Positions 17,177 to 26,274 of a stretch of DNA of 64,000 nt are shown here, in pieces (the first letter of the stretch is position 1; every line of letters starts with the position of its first letter). The notes below the pieces were generated by a model, which worked only from the letters and a program-made list of their open reading frames with translations, did no database searches and was not told where the DNA came from. The position numbers and the translations under genes are program-made. This DNA is from Conexivisphaerales archaeon (GTDB lineage: Archaea > Thermoproteota > Nitrososphaeria > Conexivisphaerales > UBA164). The stretch covers positions 4,085 through 68,084 of the forward strand of contig JAVBJD010000002.1 of the NCBI GenBank assembly GCA_030756715.1. The letters run 5' to 3'.

Positions 17177-17676
17177 GTTCAAACGCATTAAAGGTTGACA
17201 TAAGCTATGGAGAAGTTTCAGCTACTTTCAGCGGCAACCCTGATGAAGTACTCATAGCTGTTACTAAATTCCTATCATCTAACCTGCCGGCAATAGAAAT
17301 AGCGAAAAAAGTTATTCTCAATTATGATTTGCAGGACCTTATTCAGATGTTTTCAGATTATGTAAAGATCACTGAAGAGGGTCCCAGAGTTCTCGCAAGG
17401 GAAAACCTTAGCATCAAACAAAAGATAACATTACAGCTTGTCGGGAACAGGATAGCTTATTTGCTTAACAAGATCCCGCAAGAACCTGTAACGATTCAGG
17501 ATCTCATAAACGTGCTTGGGCTCCCAGGTAAATCCATAAGCAGCAGGCTGAGCGAGCTTGTTAAAGCCGGTCATGTAACCAGGATTCAGGATGCAAAAAC
17601 TACCAAGTATCAGATCTCGACCATGGGGATCAAGTGGTTATCAGATACCTTAACAGGAAAAATTAAAGCCGATTAA
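17173..17676 (+). CDS. Hypothetical protein, probable C-terminal ArsR/MarR-like wHTH
   Basis: TIQDLINVLGLPGKSISSRLSELVKAGHV..YQISTMG; ATGA overlap with the previous gene. Confidence 0.62.
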   Translation: MSSNALKVDISYGEVSATFSGNPDEVLIAVTKFLSSNLPAIEIAKKVILNYDLQDLIQMFSDYVKITEEGPRVLARENLSIKQKITLQLVGNRIAYLLNKIPQEPVTIQDLINVLGLPGKSISSRLSELVKAGHVTRIQDAKTTKYQISTMGIKWLSDTLTGKIKAD

Positions 17677-18752
17677 AAGAGTTCTTTTTGATCAAGTATT
17701 TTTATATTTCCTTCTTTATATTTTTCCAGTATCATGGCTTTGAGTTTATCCATGTTTGTCCCCTTTAACGCTGATATTTCAACGTATTCTTTTATGTGAC
17801 CATCCTTGAACTCAAAGTCGTTCTTTTTCTGGTCAACCTTGTTAAGTACTGCAACTACGTTATCCAGGTTTACTTCTAGTTCTTCTAGTACGTTCAAGCT
17901 AGCGATATACTTTCTCCAGAAAAGCTCTTCATCTAAGCTGTAGTCAAGGACAAGGAGTATTAGATCCGAGTACTTTAATTCTTCAAGAGTAGACTTGAAA
18001 GATTCTATTAAGTAATGAGGAAGCCTTTCTATAAAACCTACAGTGTCGCTCAAGTACACGTTTTCCATGCCATTAATTTTCCTTATGGTTGTTGTTAATG
18101 TTGTGAACATCTTGCCAGTAACTGTTTTGTTTTCGTTTGTAAGAGCGTTAAAGAGTGTGGTCTTGCCAGCCCCTGTGTATCCCGCAAGAGCAACTATAAA
18201 TTTATCCTCTTCTATCCTCTTTTGTCTCTGAAGGCTTCTTCTCATCCTCTCACGATCAAGCTTTTTTCTCAATCCATTTATCTGACGGTTAAGGAACCTT
18301 ATGTATTTATCCACTTCATAAGCGCCGTAACCCATCGGTCCCGTCTGTTCACCCATTTTAGCGAGCCTCACAGTCTCCCTTATCCTTGGCACTTCATATT
18401 GCAGTTCAGCCAGCTTTACCTGAAGTTTTGCTTCGGTAGTCATGGCCCTTTTCTCAAAAATGTCCAGGATGAGCCTGATCCTGTCGATTGTCTTTACCCC
18501 TAAAAGCTTTGAAAGGTGATAGATCTGCGAAGCAGTGAGCTGTTCATCTACTATTACCAGCTCAGGCTTCAACTCTTCTGCCATATTCTTTAATTGTTCA
18601 GCCTTTCCAGTTGGCAGACCGTATTTACCTTCTTTCATGCTTTTTACTTTAAAGGTGGTCAAGGGTCTGTAGCCTGCAGAAAACGCAAGCTCAAGAGCTT
18701 CTTGCTCTGAGTATTGCTCTCTGTAAGTTACGACTATTGAGGTTTCGTTCAC
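17673..18752 (-). CDS. hflX: Ribosome-splitting GTPase HflX
   Basis: IFEKRA.T.EAKLQV.LA, GYTGAGKTT, FTTL, DTVGFI, NKVD, SA. Confidence 0.95.
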   Translation of the reverse strand: MNETSIVVTYREQYSEQEALELAFSAGYRPLTTFKVKSMKEGKYGLPTGKAEQLKNMAEELKPELVIVDEQLTASQIYHLSKLLGVKTIDRIRLILDIFEKRAMTTEAKLQVKLAELQYEVPRIRETVRLAKMGEQTGPMGYGAYEVDKYIRFLNRQINGLRKKLDRERMRRSLQRQKRIEEDKFIVALAGYTGAGKTTLFNALTNENKTVTGKMFTTLTTTIRKINGMENVYLSDTVGFIERLPHYLIESFKSTLEELKYSDLILLVLDYSLDEELFWRKYIASLNVLEELEVNLDNVVAVLNKVDQKKNDFEFKDGHIKEYVEISALKGTNMDKLKAMILEKYKEGNIKILDQKELF

Positions 18753-19126
18753 TTTCTGAGTTTCACCTTTAAGCTGAACTCTATCTTTCTTAGAGTTTGA
18801 TAATCTGGCATTATCTTTTCCTGTTCAATCTTGGCCAGAAGGGAAGGCTTTATACCTATCTTCCTGCCCAGCTGTTCCTGAGTCAGGTTCATCTTTTCTC
18901 TCATTTCTTTGATTACTCTGCCGTAACCATCAATGAGCTCGTACTCTTCCTCTTCTTGGTTCCTTGAAACCCTGTTAACGTTTACCTCCTTTGCTCCAAG
19001 CTTCTTCTTTTCATTAACGACTTTTCCATACTTTGCGCATTCATCACAAACTTTTAAGTACGCACCATCTACCTCGATCGTTATGGGCTTACCGTATATC
19101 GGCTTACCGCATATTTCGCAATTCAT
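18749..19126 (-). CDS. mbf1: Archaeal multiprotein bridging factor aMBF1
   Basis: CEICG..C..C Zn ribbon plus C-terminal Cro-type HTH (REKMNLTQEQLG). Confidence 0.92.
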   Translation of the reverse strand: MNCEICGKPIYGKPITIEVDGAYLKVCDECAKYGKVVNEKKKLGAKEVNVNRVSRNQEEEEYELIDGYGRVIKEMREKMNLTQEQLGRKIGIKPSLLAKIEQEKIMPDYQTLRKIEFSLKVKLRK

Positions 19127-19258
19127 TCTTTTACCTTAATTATTGTTTTAGTGTATATATACGATTTGCGCTGACTTCTGCTCTAATATGAGCCCTTAAT
19201 ATGTATACTTAGCGTAAATACCAAAAAGTTAATTAAACGGCGCATAAGAACATTTAAT

Positions 19259-19432
19259 ATGCCGACACACGGAAGTATTACAAAAGCTGGGAAAGTAAGA
19301 TCACAGACCCCAAAATTACAGGGTAGGGAGAGGCATAATCCTCCGCCGCGTATATCGTTAAGGTCTAAATATGAAAAAAGGGTTGAACTAAAAAGAAACC
19401 CGGGTCAGAACTGGGTATTTTTAAGAAAGTAA
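19259..19432 (+). CDS. rps30e: 30S ribosomal protein S30e (57 aa)
   Basis: Not in ORF track. Manual translation MPTHGSITKAGKVRSQTPKLQGRERHNPPPRISLRSKYEKRV... Confidence 0.93.
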   Translation: MPTHGSITKAGKVRSQTPKLQGRERHNPPPRISLRSKYEKRVELKRNPGQNWVFLRK

Positions 19433-19435
19433 TTT

Positions 19436-20590
19436 TTACGGTAAAACTGATTCTAATAGTTCCTGTAGTTCTATCTCTGAGACGCCTTTAGTAAGGCTCA
19501 TGCGCCTTTTTTCCAGTACCTTTTCGAGCTTATGAATAGCGTCTACAAGAGAGTTTCTAATGCCCCATCCTTCTCCTGTTACGGAAGTCTTTACATATGG
19601 CCCGTTTACCTGGATCCTTATTATAACGTGAGGTTTACCTCTTTTCTGCTTCTGGTCTCCGCTCACGTATATTGTAATGCTTGAATTCTGCAGAATTCTT
19701 GAATACTTTCTCGTTAAGCTCAGCATTCTGCTCCTTATAGTTTCAGGATCATACTCGAGCTCTTCTATAACCCCCTTTCTCGACAGCTGCAAAAATATAG
19801 AAGGTTCATTTACGTTCATTGAAGCTATCTGCCTGAGCAGATCTTCTTTAGTTACTATTCCGCTCAGGTAACTTTTGTTCGTTACTACGACAGATGAAAA
19901 CCTGAACCTTTTCATAAGCTCAAATGCTTCAAATGCATTTGAATTTTCCTCTACAGTCTTAACATCTTCAGTCATTATTGATTTTACAGAACCCTGGGCT
20001 ATTTCCTTGATCTCTCCGATAGGGCGGTCCCTTTTTTGTCTGAACTTTGGCTTAATGACTTTCTGTATTATGTCGTGTAGCGTAACAATTCCTGCTATCT
20101 TCTTCCCATCCATTATTATGACCCTTGAAACTCCTGCATTTCTCATTGTAGATAAAAGCTGCCCAATTGTTGAATCTACATCTAAAGTAACTGGATCGGG
20201 GGTCATTATGTCTTTAACGGCAATGTTCCTGAAAACGTTGCGGCTCTGCGTTATCACATCATCTGCAAACACGCCACCTCCTAGTGTCCCATCTTGCAAA
20301 ACATAAGGCAAAGTTTTAAAACCGCTCTCGACCATTAGCTTGCTTACCTCCTCTATGTTTTCGTTGCCAGAAAGCTTTGGAGCAACCTTCATGAGAGTCT
20401 TGACCTTTGTAGTTGTTGGGTCGTAATTGATCTTGTAAGCCAAACTCTCGTTTATTATGCCTTCATAAAAAGATCCGTTTGAAACAACTATGAGGTCTCT
20501 CTGCTTTTCAAAGAGGTCCTGTATTTCTGATATCGTGCTGTTTTTATCAACAGTTATAACGTCCTTTTTTAGAACAGACTCTAAGCTCAT
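19436..20590 (-). CDS. Four-CBS-domain protein with C-terminal HPF/RaiA-like domain
   Basis: Repeated CBS motifs (GIVTLHD, GIVTKEDL, DIMTPDP, SIMTEDV); C-terminal beta-alpha-beta-beta-beta-alpha-like segment ending DAIHKLEKVLEKRR. Confidence 0.78.
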   Translation of the reverse strand: MSLESVLKKDVITVDKNSTISEIQDLFEKQRDLIVVSNGSFYEGIINESLAYKINYDPTTTKVKTLMKVAPKLSGNENIEEVSKLMVESGFKTLPYVLQDGTLGGGVFADDVITQSRNVFRNIAVKDIMTPDPVTLDVDSTIGQLLSTMRNAGVSRVIIMDGKKIAGIVTLHDIIQKVIKPKFRQKRDRPIGEIKEIAQGSVKSIMTEDVKTVEENSNAFEAFELMKRFRFSSVVVTNKSYLSGIVTKEDLLRQIASMNVNEPSIFLQLSRKGVIEELEYDPETIRSRMLSLTRKYSRILQNSSITIYVSGDQKQKRGKPHVIIRIQVNGPYVKTSVTGEGWGIRNSLVDAIHKLEKVLEKRRMSLTKGVSEIELQELLESVLP

Positions 20591-20623
20591 ATACAGATTA
20601 TTGACCTGATACAATAAAAACGT

Positions 20624-21193
20624 TTATTCCTGTTCGAAAGCTTTTAAGATCTTTCCCTGAAGAAGCTCAAACTGCTTGTAAAGATCTTCAAGGCTTATGT
20701 CTTCGTTAACTATCATGAAATCTGCTGTAGCTATAACTGAACCTATGCCCAGCTCCAGCTCAAGTTTATCTCTTTCCTTGAAGTCACTGAAGTCTTTAGG
20801 ATCGTCTTCTCTACCCCTGTTTTTAAGAAGAAAGAACCTTCTCTTTGGGCTAGCGTGCAGAGCCAAAACTATCATTTTTGCGTTTTTGCTAAAAAAATCG
20901 ACCTCTGTAGGGGACCTTATTCCATCTATTATTATTAAATCCGAATTGCTTTTTTCTATCTTTTCTAGAGTTAGCTTTGCAACTATATCTTTACCGCCTT
21001 GTTCTCTTAAGATCTTTACCACCTTTCTCTGGCCTTCTTTGCTTAGCCCGTAACCCATTTCTATACTTTTTTCCCTTATGACGTTTCCCATAGAAAAAGT
21101 GGGAATCCCAAGCTTGCCAGAGATATAAGAAGCTAAAGTCGTCTTGCCCGCACCTGGCATGCCCGTTATGCCTATAATCCTGACATATGCCAA
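20624..21193 (-). CDS. UPF0200 family P-loop kinase (dephospho-CoA/adenylate kinase-like)
   Basis: GITGMPGAGKTT, IDGIRSPTEV, RGREDDP, RDKLELELGIG. Confidence 0.8.
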   Translation of the reverse strand: MAYVRIIGITGMPGAGKTTLASYISGKLGIPTFSMGNVIREKSIEMGYGLSKEGQRKVVKILREQGGKDIVAKLTLEKIEKSNSDLIIIDGIRSPTEVDFFSKNAKMIVLALHASPKRRFFLLKNRGREDDPKDFSDFKERDKLELELGIGSVIATADFMIVNEDISLEDLYKQFELLQGKILKAFEQE

Positions 21194-21289
21194 CTCATAC
21201 CCTTTATGACAAACTATATTTTAATCATTCTGTTTGTTCGCAATTTTATAGGAAACCGTTTTTATTAGCAAGCAAATCAGATTCAGGCG

Positions 21290-22408
21290 TTGAAAGTTCT
21301 GACTACTACGATAAGGGGTTTTGAAGAATATTCTGCAAAAGAAGCAGAGCTTCTGAATTGCAGTGTTGTTGAGCTCAGGCAGGCAAGGGTTCTGCTAGAA
21401 GGAAACGAAAGCTGTATATACATCCTGAATAATTATGCCAGAACCGTTAACAAAGTCCTCATACTTCTTAGCAGAGAAACAGTTGATGGCCTTGAAGATA
21501 TATACAGAAAAGCCTTATCTTTAGATTATACCTTTATAAGTCCAGATCAATCTTTCGCAGTAAGATCTGAAAGGAGCGGAATTCATGGTTTTACTTCCAT
21601 CGACATCGCCAGAACTGTTGGACAGGCTGTTATAGACTCCTACCTGAAAGATAAAGGGAGCAAGATCAAAGTTGACCTGGAAAACCCCGACGTTGAAATA
21701 GAGGCCGACCTTATAGGAAACGAGCTTTTTATAAGTTTGAACACTACTGGCAACGGACTTAACTTCAGAGAATACAGGACGTACAACCACCCCTCTTCGC
21801 TAAAGCCAACCCTGGCATCATCTTTGGTGATTATGTCTCAATGGGATGGTTCAAGCTTAATAGATCCATTTACTGGAGGAGCAACGATACCAATCGAAGC
21901 GGCGCTTTATGCGTTTTCATCGCCCGTAAAGCCATCCGGTAATTTCAGCTATAAGAAACTGAGCTTTTATGACAAATTTCAGGAAGAAATGGCTTTGAAG
22001 AAGATCGACAAAAAGTTTGATATTAAGGAAAAGATCGTTGGTATTGAAATATCTCGCAAGCATTTTACAGGGGCCTTAAAAAATGTGAGTTCTGCGAAAC
22101 TTAACGAGTATATTGAAATCATTCGTGGAGATTCTATAAACATAGATTTACAGGACCGCTTTAAGTTCCTGATATCAAATCCGCCTTATGGCATTAGAAG
22201 CGGGAGAAAAGAAAAGGTTCTTAGGATATACGAACTATTTGTAAAAAGGCTCGATAAGGTGCTTGAAGAAGGAGGAGAAGGCGTTATGATAACAACCGAA
22301 TACAAAAAGCTCTCTGACCTCTTAAATCAGAGAGGGTACAGGATAATTAAGGTTAACACTGGGCTTCACGGAAAGTTATGGGTCGGCGCGATACTTTTCA
22401 GATCTTAA
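21290..22408 (+). CDS. trm14: tRNA (guanine(6)-N2)-methyltransferase Trm14 (THUMP + SAM methyltransferase)
   Basis: THUMP (FAVRSERSGIHGFTS), REYRTYNHPSSLKPTLA, DPFTGGATI, SNPPYG. Confidence 0.85.
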   Translation: MKVLTTTIRGFEEYSAKEAELLNCSVVELRQARVLLEGNESCIYILNNYARTVNKVLILLSRETVDGLEDIYRKALSLDYTFISPDQSFAVRSERSGIHGFTSIDIARTVGQAVIDSYLKDKGSKIKVDLENPDVEIEADLIGNELFISLNTTGNGLNFREYRTYNHPSSLKPTLASSLVIMSQWDGSSLIDPFTGGATIPIEAALYAFSSPVKPSGNFSYKKLSFYDKFQEEMALKKIDKKFDIKEKIVGIEISRKHFTGALKNVSSAKLNEYIEIIRGDSINIDLQDRFKFLISNPPYGIRSGRKEKVLRIYELFVKRLDKVLEEGGEGVMITTEYKKLSDLLNQRGYRIIKVNTGLHGKLWVGAILFRS

Positions 22409-23943
22409 CCTAATGATTTTCTTAAGATTGCCATTTCCGATATGTTTTTAATTACTTCTTCATCGTTCTTTTCAATGAAAGCAACTAGAGTAAGGGTAGA
22501 CAGCAATCTGTGCTTTAAAACATCGTATCTTTCGCTTGCTTTTTTGAAGCTAAAATATGACTCTATAAAACTGATATCGTTCTTTATCTGCTGAATGATA
22601 CTTTCATCTACAAGCATTTTTTCCTTAAGGATCCTGAGGTTTTCTTCTGAAAAATAGTTCACGGCCGCCTTAAGGTCTAGGTCAAGGTACCTGTAGCTTG
22701 AAATGAGCGTGTTCCACTCCTCTTCGTTAAGCTTTCCTAAAGAAGAAGTGCCGAAGATTTCCGGCGGAAGACCAAGGCTGTAAAGCGCGCTTACAAAAGT
22801 TATAGCTCGCGGCAAAGTTATCTTGCCCGTGCTTCTTGAGTATCCAAAAAGACCTATGTGTAGCTTCCTTGCTCTCCTTCTTGGTACAAAACCAGAAATC
22901 CCGTTTATAAGTGGCGCCAGGCCCTCTATGATGTTCTGGTAAGAACGCGTGTAAGTTTCTATAATCTTTCTGAAAATTTTCTGCTCGTCTGCGCTGAGTT
23001 CTTCTTTTTCATAAGGTTTGCTTATGTTGAGAAACCTTATTGCGCTTCTTGCTTCTTCTAAACCATAATCATACCTGAACGCAGATTGCACTGTATAAGT
23101 CCATATTCCTCTGTATTCGTTGAAAACGTTTTCAACGTTAGACGGGCTTAGATGTCCTCTGAAAGGAAGGCTCCCCACACCTATGATGGGGTATATTGGT
23201 ATATGGCGCTCTTCTTCTGTCTTCTTTAGTTCACTCAGGGCGTTTTTAGCAAGAAGTACAGAGGTAACCATGCCGTAGTTCATCGCAGGATCTGACCTCG
23301 CAATGAAAACCCTCAGGTAAGGTACTTTTACTGCATCGATGTACCTTTCGATTATCAATTTTATGTTAAGAAGAGAGTCCATGTCCTCTATCAAAGGTAT
23401 GACTTCGATCCATTTAGGTTTGGTTTCACCTATAAGATCCCTGACCTTCAGGTTTTCAGTTAGCTGCATCCCTTCTTTGTTTACGACCGCTTTTTCATAA
23501 TATCTGGCTAAAGCTATGAGCTGTTCAGCGTTTGTAGTGAAAGGTAATATTGTTTCAAAAACAGGAACCGTGACGGCTTCCCCATAAAATCTCTCGCCAA
23601 CGTCGTGGTTTATAGGCACACTTTCAAGAGTTTCAGCAAACACCTTTCTGTCAACGCCTTCTATAAAAGGATTTGGCAGCCTGTAAGTTAAGTAAATGTG
23701 CTTTCCTAGGACGTTGTCTTTAAAATATTCAGGGTACATGGTTAAAAGTTTTCTCACGACGTGAGTGTCTACATCTTTGCCTTCTGCGTCCCACATTACT
23801 TCTTCTACGCCATAAGAAGAGTAAGCTAGATACGCTTCATAGACTTCATCATCTCCTTCTATTGAACCTCTGCCTTTAACCCAGCCAGGTACGTTTGCAT
23901 TATCCGGATGCTGGGTTGCCATAGTTCGTGGTATTTTTCTCAT
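22405..23943 (-). CDS. ppcA: Phosphoenolpyruvate carboxylase, archaeal type
   Basis: IPRTMATQHPDNA, MWDAEGK, RVFIARSDPAMNYG, GSLPFRGH, LPRAITF. Confidence 0.96.
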   Translation of the reverse strand: MRKIPRTMATQHPDNANVPGWVKGRGSIEGDDEVYEAYLAYSSYGVEEVMWDAEGKDVDTHVVRKLLTMYPEYFKDNVLGKHIYLTYRLPNPFIEGVDRKVFAETLESVPINHDVGERFYGEAVTVPVFETILPFTTNAEQLIALARYYEKAVVNKEGMQLTENLKVRDLIGETKPKWIEVIPLIEDMDSLLNIKLIIERYIDAVKVPYLRVFIARSDPAMNYGMVTSVLLAKNALSELKKTEEERHIPIYPIIGVGSLPFRGHLSPSNVENVFNEYRGIWTYTVQSAFRYDYGLEEARSAIRFLNISKPYEKEELSADEQKIFRKIIETYTRSYQNIIEGLAPLINGISGFVPRRRARKLHIGLFGYSRSTGKITLPRAITFVSALYSLGLPPEIFGTSSLGKLNEEEWNTLISSYRYLDLDLKAAVNYFSEENLRILKEKMLVDESIIQQIKNDISFIESYFSFKKASERYDVLKHRLLSTLTLVAFIEKNDEEVIKNISEMAILRKSLG

Positions 23944-24076
23944 GTTTCTATAAGATTGTTATAAATGTGTATTTAGCCGTTTCTTTTAGCGTCGTCGACA
24001 GCATTCAAAATTTTCTTTTTTAGTTAATGTACTATGATCCCTGATTCAGAAGTTATAAAAAAGATTGAGCTTCTAC

Positions 24077-24646
24077 CTAAGCCCATCCGTTAAAATGAAA
24101 AACCCCTTCTTTCTGCAGATATTTTGGTTTTGGCAAAGCGCCTGGTCGACCAAGTAGTATCATCCACTGAGGTTCAACGTAGTCCGGAATCCTGAACATA
24201 TCCGAAAATATATCGGGCCTTACCAAGGGGATCGCCCTCCAGTGCGCCCCCAAGCCTAGACAGTTTGCGGCAATCAATACATTTTCCGCTGCAGCAGCAA
24301 GGCTCTGCATTCCCATAAGCCTCTCGTTATGACTATCGCTCCTGAGCTTTTTGATGTTCAGAAAACCTATGAGGATCACTTTAGCAGAGGAAACGATCCT
24401 GTAGGTCCTTTCAGCTTTTTCTTCGTCAGCTTTCCCACTCTTAATGTACTCTTCCTTAAGCTTTGAAGCAAGTTTTTCTATGGTATGTTTTTCTTTCAGT
24501 ATCAAGAACTCCCAGGGCTGCTCGTTGTGCGGGCTGGGAGCGCTGATAGCCGAGTTCAGAAGCGCCTCGAGCTCTTCTTCTTTAATATTCTCATCGGTGA
24601 ACTTCCTTATGCTTCTTCGCTTTAGGATGCCTTCCAAACAGTCCAT
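24077..24646 (-). CDS. Nitroreductase family protein
   Basis: RRSIRKF, APSPHNEQPWEF, AAENVLIAA..LGLG. Confidence 0.88.
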   Translation of the reverse strand: MDCLEGILKRRSIRKFTDENIKEEELEALLNSAISAPSPHNEQPWEFLILKEKHTIEKLASKLKEEYIKSGKADEEKAERTYRIVSSAKVILIGFLNIKKLRSDSHNERLMGMQSLAAAAENVLIAANCLGLGAHWRAIPLVRPDIFSDMFRIPDYVEPQWMILLGRPGALPKPKYLQKEGVFHFNGWA

Positions 24647-24690
24647 TGCTTTTTTTATAAAGGTTAAATAATTAAGTTTTTAATACATAA

Positions 24691-25572
24691 GTGAAATTGA
24701 AACTAGGTTTTATTGGATTGGGTAAAATGGGACAGGCTTTAGCTCTTAGGGCTATTCAGTCAGGGTATACTGTTTACGGTTATAACAGGACCAAATCAAA
24801 AGTTGATTCCATAAGGGACAGGGTAGAGATACTCCCATCAATAAGCGATGTAGTAGAAAAAAGTGACGTAATACTTGTAAGCGTAACGGATGATGAAGCC
24901 GATGAAGACGTGATACTCGGGAACCACGGCATATCAGATTATATAAGGCCTAACAAAATGATAATAGACTTTAGCACAATTTCGCCTATAATGTCAAAGT
25001 ATATAAACGAAAAGCTGAAAAGGAAAAACGCTTACAGGCTCGAGGTACCTCTTATTGGCGGGCCAGATAAAGCACTGAGGGGCGAACTGATAGCCCTTAT
25101 CGGAGGAGACAGGTCAAAGTATGAAGAAATGTCAGACTTGATCAAAACTTTTGCGACCAGAACAATTTATGCCGGCAATATAGGAGATGCGCTGTCGCTT
25201 AAGCTTGCGTTTAACCTCTTAGTTGCGGGCTATGCTGAACTGATAGCTGAAGGGTTAACCCTAGTGCAGAAAATGAAAGTTGATCCAAGGTTGTTTATTT
25301 ACCTTATAAACGCTAGCGGCTACAAGACAGAATTCAGCGAAACTAAAGGACAGAAGATGCTTGTGAGTAACTATGAACCTACGTTTTATCTAAAGCACAT
25401 GAAAAAAGATCTGGGACTTATTTCAAAAGTCTCGGATAAATACAGCATTTACCTCCCTGTTCATTCAACTCTCTGGAGCACGTACACGGGCGCCACCGAG
25501 TTTGGTTTTGCAGAAGATGATTTCAGCGCAATCCTAGAGTATTTGCTAAAAATTAATAAGCTAAAAGAATAG
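24691..25572 (+). CDS. 3-hydroxyisobutyrate dehydrogenase / tartronate semialdehyde reductase family oxidoreductase
   Basis: GFIGLGKMG, YNRT, STISP, KLAFN, HMKKDL. Confidence 0.88.
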   Translation: MKLKLGFIGLGKMGQALALRAIQSGYTVYGYNRTKSKVDSIRDRVEILPSISDVVEKSDVILVSVTDDEADEDVILGNHGISDYIRPNKMIIDFSTISPIMSKYINEKLKRKNAYRLEVPLIGGPDKALRGELIALIGGDRSKYEEMSDLIKTFATRTIYAGNIGDALSLKLAFNLLVAGYAELIAEGLTLVQKMKVDPRLFIYLINASGYKTEFSETKGQKMLVSNYEPTFYLKHMKKDLGLISKVSDKYSIYLPVHSTLWSTYTGATEFGFAEDDFSAILEYLLKINKLKE

Positions 25573-25583
25573 AAGAAATATGA

Positions 25584-25655
25584 GCCGGGGTGCCGGAACG
25601 GCCACGGGTGCGGCTGCAGACCGCATTTATGTGGGTTCAAATCCCACCCCCGGCT
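25584..25655 (+). tRNA. tRNA-Cys(GCA), no intron
   Basis: GCCGGGG/CCCCGGC acceptor, TGCGG-CT-GCA-GA-CCGCA anticodon arm, GTGGG-TTCAAAT-CCCAC T arm, U73 discriminator. Confidence 0.93.
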
Positions 25656-25674
25656 CGTTTTAAATTTCAAAAAA

Positions 25675-26121
25675 TTAACCTAGAGTTTGAATTACCTGGT
25701 TTAAAAGGTCTTTAGCTTTGGATACCTTTTCCTGCAAGTTCTTTAACTGATCTTCTAGGCTCTTAACCTGCTGAGGTTGTTCGCATCCAGGCATAGTAAC
25801 GATAAATCCTTCGTTCTTCAGTTTTTCATAACTCTGTTTTATTATCTGGCCAGCTTTGGTCTCGCCTTTCAAGTGTTTTCTTATAGTAGCCTCTGTTACT
25901 CCTATTTCATCAGCTATCTGGCTGGCAGTCATCCCGGCCTTGTCCCTTGCAAATGCTGCCGCAGCTACATAAAGAGAATCGACCCATGTTAGCCTTTCAT
26001 GCGGATTGCCGATTGCGTCAACAGTTTCTTTTGAAAACAAAGAAATTGTAAGCAGAGCGCTTTCTAGCTTCCTTATGTCTTCCTTTCCCACAGGTTTTAA
26101 TGGTACAGATTCTGTGCTCAT
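25675..26121 (-). CDS. KaiC-associated HTH regulatory protein
   Basis: GMTASQIADEIGVTEATIRKHLKG HTH, C-terminal coiled coil; directly downstream of the KaiC gene. Confidence 0.7.
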   Translation of the reverse strand: MSTESVPLKPVGKEDIRKLESALLTISLFSKETVDAIGNPHERLTWVDSLYVAAAAFARDKAGMTASQIADEIGVTEATIRKHLKGETKAGQIIKQSYEKLKNEGFIVTMPGCEQPQQVKSLEDQLKNLQEKVSKAKDLLNQVIQTLG

Positions 26122-26274
26122 ATTATATTTTTTAAAAAACTTATTTTTAAATTTTTAAACTAAATAGCAGTATCGAAAAACAGGAATTTTTACTATTTTT
26201 ACTGAAACATTAAACAAAATAGAAAAACAACGATTTTCAAAAATTAAAGCATCTCCAATTTAATCTATAAATTT

